Virus genome (UHGV): UHGV-0199485
Reading direction: 5' to 3' (one strand)
Length of the DNA: 11,900 nt
Source: a virus
A model generated the notes under the pieces. That model saw only the letters and a program-made list of their open reading frames with translations, ran no database searches and was not told the DNA's origin. The translations under genes were made by a program, and so were the position numbers. Shown piece after piece: positions 7,987 to 11,900 of the stretch (position 1 is its first letter; each line of letters begins with the position of its first letter).

Positions 7987-8897
7987 TGGATACCTCCACC
8001 TGCATAGTACATTTTAGGCTTAACCCTTTGCTTCTTATTTTCACTAACTACTTTCTTCTTTGGTGTGAAAGAAAAGTCATCATCGTCACCATCATCAAAG
8101 TCATCGAGGTCATTAACCTTGTTCTTTAGCTTCGCCATTTCAATGCGTGATTTAATCTCTGCTTTGCGTTGTGCTTTTTTAATAGCCTCTTCACGCTCTG
8201 ACTCTTCATCAAGGTAATCATCGAAGGGGTCCATCTCATCATCAGTGGCGGGGCACTGTGTGTTTTTATGGTCACTATCAACATTCACATCAGAGATTTT
8301 ATCCTCCTCTAAGTCAGATGTTTTAGAAGCCTCTTTAGTAGCTTCACTATCAAGGTCAGATTCATTCATAGAGAGAAAATCATTTAATTCATCCAAAGAA
8401 AGAAAGTCATCTTCTTTATTGTTATTAATAAGTTCTTTCTTGTTATTACTGTTATTATACGTGTCAAAGATTTTGACTGACTGAGTAAAAAATTTTGACT
8501 CAGTGGGTAAAGAATTTTGACTCAGTGGGTCATCTTTCTTGACTGACTGAGTAACTTTAGACTCCAGCTTTGCCTTTCTGGCTTCCTTAGCTGTAAGCTC
8601 TGTTAAAACTTCCGGTACTTCATCAAGTGAATAAACTTTAATAACACACTGATTGCTTGCAACGTTAGTTTTCTTGATTAAACCATGTGCCTCAAGTCGT
8701 TTCATACATGCAATCACGGATGTTCTTGTGATTCCAGCATACTGACCAAGATGAGCATATGAAGGGGTATAATATTGCCCCTTATCGTGATAAAACTTCT
8801 GTTCATTCAACATGACAGTGTAAATAATACGGTCGGCAGCTTTAACGCCATTAGTCATCTGATAAATACGGTCATCAAACATGTGGAATTTTTCCAT
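7983..8897 (-). CDS. Replication initiator protein (winged-helix, RepA_N-like N-terminal domain) with acidic C-terminal tail
   Basis: Preferred start is ATG 8897-8895 (MEKFHMFDD...), preceded by AAGGAAAA at 7-nt spacing; the ORF-track start at 8954 has no RBS. N-terminal ...DRIIYTVMLNEQKFYHDKGQYYTPSYAHLGQYAGITRTSVIACMKRLEAHGLIKK... resembles the DNA-binding domain of RepA_N-type initiators. Iterons and an AT-rich tract lie inside the coding sequence. The C-terminus is a poly-Asp/Glu tail (DDFDDGDDDDF). Confidence 0.6.
   Translation of the reverse strand: MEKFHMFDDRIYQMTNGVKAADRIIYTVMLNEQKFYHDKGQYYTPSYAHLGQYAGITRTSVIACMKRLEAHGLIKKTNVASNQCVIKVYSLDEVPEVLTELTAKEARKAKLESKVTQSVKKDDPLSQNSLPTESKFFTQSVKIFDTYNNSNNKKELINNNKEDDFLSLDELNDFLSMNESDLDSEATKEASKTSDLEEDKISDVNVDSDHKNTQCPATDDEMDPFDDYLDEESEREEAIKKAQRKAEIKSRIEMAKLKNKVNDLDDFDDGDDDDFSFTPKKKVVSENKKQRVKPKMYYAGGGIQ
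8471..8554. repeat. Four iterons at exact 22-bp spacing (candidate origin of replication inside the rep gene)
   Basis: TTTTGACTGACTGAGTAA (8471), TTTTGACTCAGTGGGTAA (8493), TTTTGACTCAGTGGGTCA (8515), TCTTGACTGACTGAGTAA (8537). An AT-rich tract (about 8395-8465) flanks them on the low-coordinate side. On the coding strand they encode a low-complexity linker. Confidence 0.55.
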
Positions 8898-9159
8898 TAT
8901 ATTTTCCTTTTTAAAAATAAAACAAAGAAAGGGCTGACCACGTATAGTGACCAACCCCAGAGGGAGTGAATTAATTAGAAGATGGACTGATAAAGGAACT
9001 CAGAAGCCTGAGCGATTACGCGAGTATTAACAGCAAAAGGAAAAGCCTTGATTGAATAAGAGGCCGTGAAAATCTGTCAATACCCTGACGCCTCCCAACG
9101 TTGTAACCTCTTAATGTTCTGAGTTCTTTTATCAGCCCATATAGAAACTATAACAGATG

Positions 9160-9214
9160 TGATTATAAATTGCAACAATTATTTCACAGAATAATTACTG
9201 TTTGATTATAAATT
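9160..9214. repeat. Two exact 12-bp direct repeats TGATTATAAATT in the non-coding control region
   Basis: Copies at 9160-9171 and 9203-9214; on the minus strand each contains TATAAT. Function unknown (operator or -10-like boxes facing the rep gene). Confidence 0.4.
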
Positions 9215-9763
9215 AAGCAATCAAGCTAAAGGGTATTGACAAAGGGCTTGACAAGATTTTACCCTTTTAAAAGATACTTAAAAGATTCCGTTAAACAGGG
9301 TTTTCTTTCTGGTTTCTTCTCTCTCTTAAAAGCCTTTTAAGAATCCTATATAGAAGCAGTAAGTCTCAAAAACTCTGTGGGATAATTTCTAAAACACATC
9401 TCTCAGACTTCACTAGACGCATTCTAAGCCCCTAAATCGGGTAACTCTGGCAATCACCTTAAGCACTCTGAAAATAGCTTCAAAACTCGCTACAGAGCTT
9501 CCTGTGAACTGGTCTATGAATAGCCTAAACTGGTTGATAGGTTTGATTAAAATCTGTACAGATAATATCCAGCCTCTAATTTTTTTATAAAATCGTATTA
9601 GTCCCTCTTCATTTCTCTTCCACCGAATTTTTCGAAAATATCACAAGGCAGTGTATAGCTGCTAAGTACCCGCCACACCAGCTATGTGACCCCCTTTGCA
9701 GAATTTTAAAATATCTATTGACTTTCTATGTGAACTGTTATAAAGACCGCTCCATCTCTTAGG

Positions 9764-9856
9764 CGTACCGATATAGCATACTAAAAAGGTATAGCTAACC
9801 CCCTGTAAAAACCATACCGATTAGCCTTGTAAAACACTTTATCGGTACGTTATACT
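9764..9856 (+). promoter_or_regulatory. Candidate recombinase promoter overlapped by symmetric TACCGAT motifs (possible res-like or autoregulatory site)
   Basis: TTGTAA (9827-9832), 18 bp, TATACT (9851-9856). Inverted repeat CGTACCGAT (9764-9772) / ATCGGTACG (9841-9849), plus a third TACCGAT at 9815-9821. Confidence 0.35.
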
Positions 9857-9891
9857 TAACTCATCAAATGAGTAAGGCAAATGAGTATATT

Positions 9892-10434
9892 ATGGCTAAC
9901 ATCGGTTATGTTCGAGTTTCAACAATCCAGCAGATTACAGACCGTCAACTTGAAGGGGTCGTACTGGATAAGGTATTTACTGATAAAGCATCTGGGAAGA
10001 ATACAGACCGTCCACAACTAAAGGCTATGCTCGATTATGTTCGTGAAGGTGACACTATCCATGTACACGACCTGTCACGTTTAGGGCGTTCTACCGTGGA
10101 TGTATTAACGCTGGTGGATAAACTTTCACAGAGAGGTATCAAGGTTCACTTTCACAAAGAAGGTCTGATAACTGGTGACGATAACCCCACGTCTAAGATG
10201 ATTCTCACAATCTTTTCAGCAGTGGCTGAAGCTGAACGTAAAATGATGCTTGAGCGTCAACGAGAAGGCTATGAAGCTGCTAAAGCTGCTGGTCGTGTAG
10301 TTGGAAGGGGTAACGGTAAAGCGATTGACAGAGAAGGTATTAAAGCTGCTCTTGCTGCTGGTAGTTCAATCGCTAAAGTAGCCGCTCAATTCAACGTTGC
10401 CAAGTCAACTGTACAGCGTATTAAAGCTGAATAA
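9892..10434 (+). CDS. Small serine recombinase (resolvase / DNA invertase family)
   Basis: N-terminus MANIGYVRVSTIQQ with the catalytic serine, a resolvase catalytic core (..DLSRLGRS..), a Gly-rich linker and a C-terminal HTH (SIAKVAAQFNVAKSTVQRIKAE). The ORF track starts 8 codons upstream at 9868; 9892 is preferred from the family N-terminal pattern and promoter position. Neither start has a strong RBS. Confidence 0.85.
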   Translation: MANIGYVRVSTIQQITDRQLEGVVLDKVFTDKASGKNTDRPQLKAMLDYVREGDTIHVHDLSRLGRSTVDVLTLVDKLSQRGIKVHFHKEGLITGDDNPTSKMILTIFSAVAEAERKMMLERQREGYEAAKAAGRVVGRGNGKAIDREGIKAALAAGSSIAKVAAQFNVAKSTVQRIKAE

Positions 10435-10460
10435 TTTCTCATCACCTATATAGATTCATG

Positions 10461-10484
10461 GCCTCCTTAATTGGGGGCTTTTTT
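10461..10484 (+). terminator. Rho-independent terminator after the small serine recombinase gene
   Basis: GCCTCC (10461-10466), loop TTAATT, GGGGGC (10473-10478) with one G-U pair, followed by T6 (10479-10484). It lies 27 nt after the stop codon. Confidence 0.6.
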
Positions 10485-10490
10485 GTATCC

Positions 10491-10582
10491 TCTAAGCGTG
10501 TACTACGTGATGATTCGGATAAGAATTATCCTCATAAAATCTCCTGAACACTTACCCACCCTCAGAAATAACTTTCACGTAG
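10491..10582. repeat. Copy C of the dyad element, with the core in opposite orientation and 29 bp longer
   Basis: Shares TAAGCGTG-nn-CTACGTGA (10493-10510) and TTTCACGTAG (10573-10582) with copies A/B. Its 62-bp core contains AAATCTCCTGAACAC-TTACCCACC, the reverse complement of the A/B core GGTGGGTATATCTGTTCAGGAGATTT. Confidence 0.7.
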
Positions 10583-10655
10583 GAAATCGTTAAGGGTTTT
10601 ATAGTTACACTATGTGACCAACTGCATGAATAGCGTTATATATCCCTGTATATAG

Positions 10656-10671
10656 CACTATATATATAGTG
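10656..10671. promoter_or_regulatory. Perfect 16-bp palindrome CACTATATATATAGTG (operator-like)
   Basis: Exact palindrome in the intergenic region between element copy C and the 3' end of the 277-aa gene. A TATAGCA motif also recurs upstream of the recombinase (about 9771-9795). Confidence 0.3.
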
Positions 10672-10896
10672 TCTGGAGAGGAACGACTAACACGATACAG
10701 TTTACCCTGAAAAGAGACTTCACAGATTCTTTATATATTTCAATGAGTTAGGATAAAAAGGGACTATACCGATACTGCATAGAATCTGTGTAAAACTGCT
10801 TAGATATTTGAAGAAATACCGTTAAATTGCATAGTCATAGGGGTTGGAACAAGCCCAACTACACCTGTTTATGTCCTGTTATTTACAGGCATAGCA

Positions 10897-11730
10897 TTAT
10901 TGGTTAATTAATTCATTCGACTCTATATTATTACCTTTTTCTTTTTCCTTTTTAATTTTAGACTCAACCATATCTAACATTTTTAATGCCTGTGTTGAAG
11001 TTAGCTCTTTCTTTTGTCGTAGCGCGTTACGTATGGTAGAAGCTTCAATATCAGAAACTGTTAAAAGTTCTTCTACCCTACTCTTCAATTGCTGTAATGA
11101 ACGGCTATTATCAACTTTAAAGAAATCATTCATTACATCAAGTGAGGCAACAATCAAATCCTGTAGTCTCTCTTTTTCTTTTGCTATATTTTCAATAGTT
11201 TGTTTTTCAATAGATACTGACTCTTTTAAGTTGCTAATCTCTTTAAGCATCTGTTTCCTTGCTGTCTCAAGGTCTTCTGTGACCAACTCTTCACGCTTAC
11301 CACGCTCTACTTCCGCTTTAATATCAGCATCAATTTTAGCATTTTCTTTCTCTTCTTCTCTGGCAACCCGAACCTTTAACCCCGTTAACCTGATTGAATT
11401 AAGGTATTCCTTTTCTTTTGAAAGATAAATATTTTCACTGTGTTTATCTGTAGCCCATTTTTGAGCAAGAGAAAGTAACCATTGAGCATAAGGAGTAATA
11501 ACAGCTAGCACACTTCCAAAAAAGACAGGTGCTAACAGATAATGTACATAAAAATATTCCTGAGACAGAATATAATCTATTCGAAACTTAACAGGAGCAT
11601 CACTCATAAAGAGCATTGCCAAGTTAGGCCAATTGAACCATACCCATGCAAGAATGATATATCCCCATAATGGGCTTTTAATCCTATCGTTTATTGCTTG
11701 CATAGTAGAATCTAACCATCCATCACTCAT
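10897..11730 (-). CDS. Membrane-anchored coiled-coil protein (277 aa), function unknown
   Basis: GAGGG lies 6 nt upstream of the ATG. Two N-terminal hydrophobic helices (WGYIILAWVWFNWPNLAMLF; VHYLLAPVFFGSVLAVITPYAQWLL) are followed by about 180 aa of Glu/Lys-rich heptad-like sequence. Confidence 0.6.
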   Translation of the reverse strand: MSDGWLDSTMQAINDRIKSPLWGYIILAWVWFNWPNLAMLFMSDAPVKFRIDYILSQEYFYVHYLLAPVFFGSVLAVITPYAQWLLSLAQKWATDKHSENIYLSKEKEYLNSIRLTGLKVRVAREEEKENAKIDADIKAEVERGKREELVTEDLETARKQMLKEISNLKESVSIEKQTIENIAKEKERLQDLIVASLDVMNDFFKVDNSRSLQQLKSRVEELLTVSDIEASTIRNALRQKKELTSTQALKMLDMVESKIKKEKEKGNNIESNELINQ

Positions 11731-11806
11731 AGCTAACCCTCGGAAATCTTATCTTTCTGTCTATCATAACCACAAGCATCACCTTTAGGAACCATCTGAA
11801 ACGGGA

Positions 11807-11854
11807 GGTGTATTTAGACCTTGCTAATCTTCATCAGACACGTTTAAATACACC
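11807..11854. other. 13-bp imperfect inverted repeat with 22-bp spacer upstream of the 277-aa gene
   Basis: GGTGTATTTAGAC (11807-11819) and GTTTAAATACACC (11842-11854), one mismatch. A possible -10 TATGAT (complement of 11763-11768) lies between it and the gene start. Confidence 0.3.
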
Positions 11855-11900
11855 ACCTAAAGCGATACAATCGCGCTATTAGTTTTTATGGTGGTAAAGA

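Noticed and set aside
8471-8554. Possible CRISPR array, from regularly spaced direct repeats
   Set aside because: The repeats are 18 bp at 22-bp period with only 4-bp gaps and no unique spacers, they lie inside a coding sequence, and no cas genes are present. They are iterons, not CRISPR repeats.
8898-8954. Upstream start (8954) for the replication initiator, as given in the ORF track
   Set aside because: No Shine-Dalgarno sequence precedes it, whereas the internal ATG at 8897 has AAGGAAAA at ideal spacing. The extra 19 residues (MVTIRGQPFLCFIFKKENI) look like translated leader.
8245-8969. Plus-strand ORFs 8245-8484 and 8775-8969 overlapping the replication initiator gene
   Set aside because: Antisense to the initiator. 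The first is a Ser/Leu-rich read-through of the iteron and AT-rich region; neither has a start context.
9764-10434. Tn3-family transposon inferred from the resolvase-type gene
   Set aside because: No transposase ORF and no terminal inverted repeats are visible within the window; the recombinase appears to be an orphan resolvase or invertase.
10843-10889. Two short hairpins after the 277-aa gene stop as rho-independent terminators
   Set aside because: The stems are only 5 bp (GTTGG/CCAAC and CCTGT/ACAGG) and are not followed by a U-run on the minus strand, so they are not convincing intrinsic terminators.
11033-11428. Plus-strand 131-aa ORF inside the 277-aa membrane protein gene
   Set aside because: Antisense to the better-supported gene; Ser-rich low-complexity translation produced by the reverse complement of a Glu/Lys-rich coiled-coil.
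1-11900. tRNA, rRNA or tmRNA genes that could mark an integration site
   Set aside because: No cloverleaf-compatible segment with conserved tRNA features or rRNA-like conserved blocks was recognisable by eye, and the window begins exactly at the integrase start codon so the attachment site is probably outside it. A tRNA scan was not run.

Overview
This 11.9-kb AT-rich window (roughly 40% GC by eye, lower between genes) reads as a compact phage-derived mobile element, not core chromosome. All functional calls come from motif-level reading of the translations and manual inspection of the DNA; no database search, fold prediction or exact composition count was run. Left to right: (1) a large serine recombinase (1-1524, +) convergent with a leftward tail fragment, the tape-measure gene (2470-4518) and the gene after it (1539-2312), each preceded by a near-identical 70-bp dyad element; (2) a leftward block of small unknown proteins (4702-5644, 6141-6464) and a regulatory pair (ribbon-helix-helix protein 7077-7367, C-terminal HTH protein 6652-7077) transcribed from back-to-back promoters that share a palindrome; (3) a replication module, with an initiator (7983-8897) carrying four 22-bp iterons and an AT-rich tract inside its own coding sequence, translationally coupled to a 98-aa protein; (4) a 994-bp non-coding control region; (5) a small serine recombinase (9892-10434) with terminator, followed by a third copy of the 70-bp element whose core is inverted; (6) a membrane-anchored coiled-coil protein (10897-11730). 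No rRNA, tRNA, CRISPR array, capsid, portal or terminase gene is recognisable. The most unusual signals are the triplicated dyad element with one core-inverted copy, and a tape-measure gene carried by an element that otherwise looks satellite-like.
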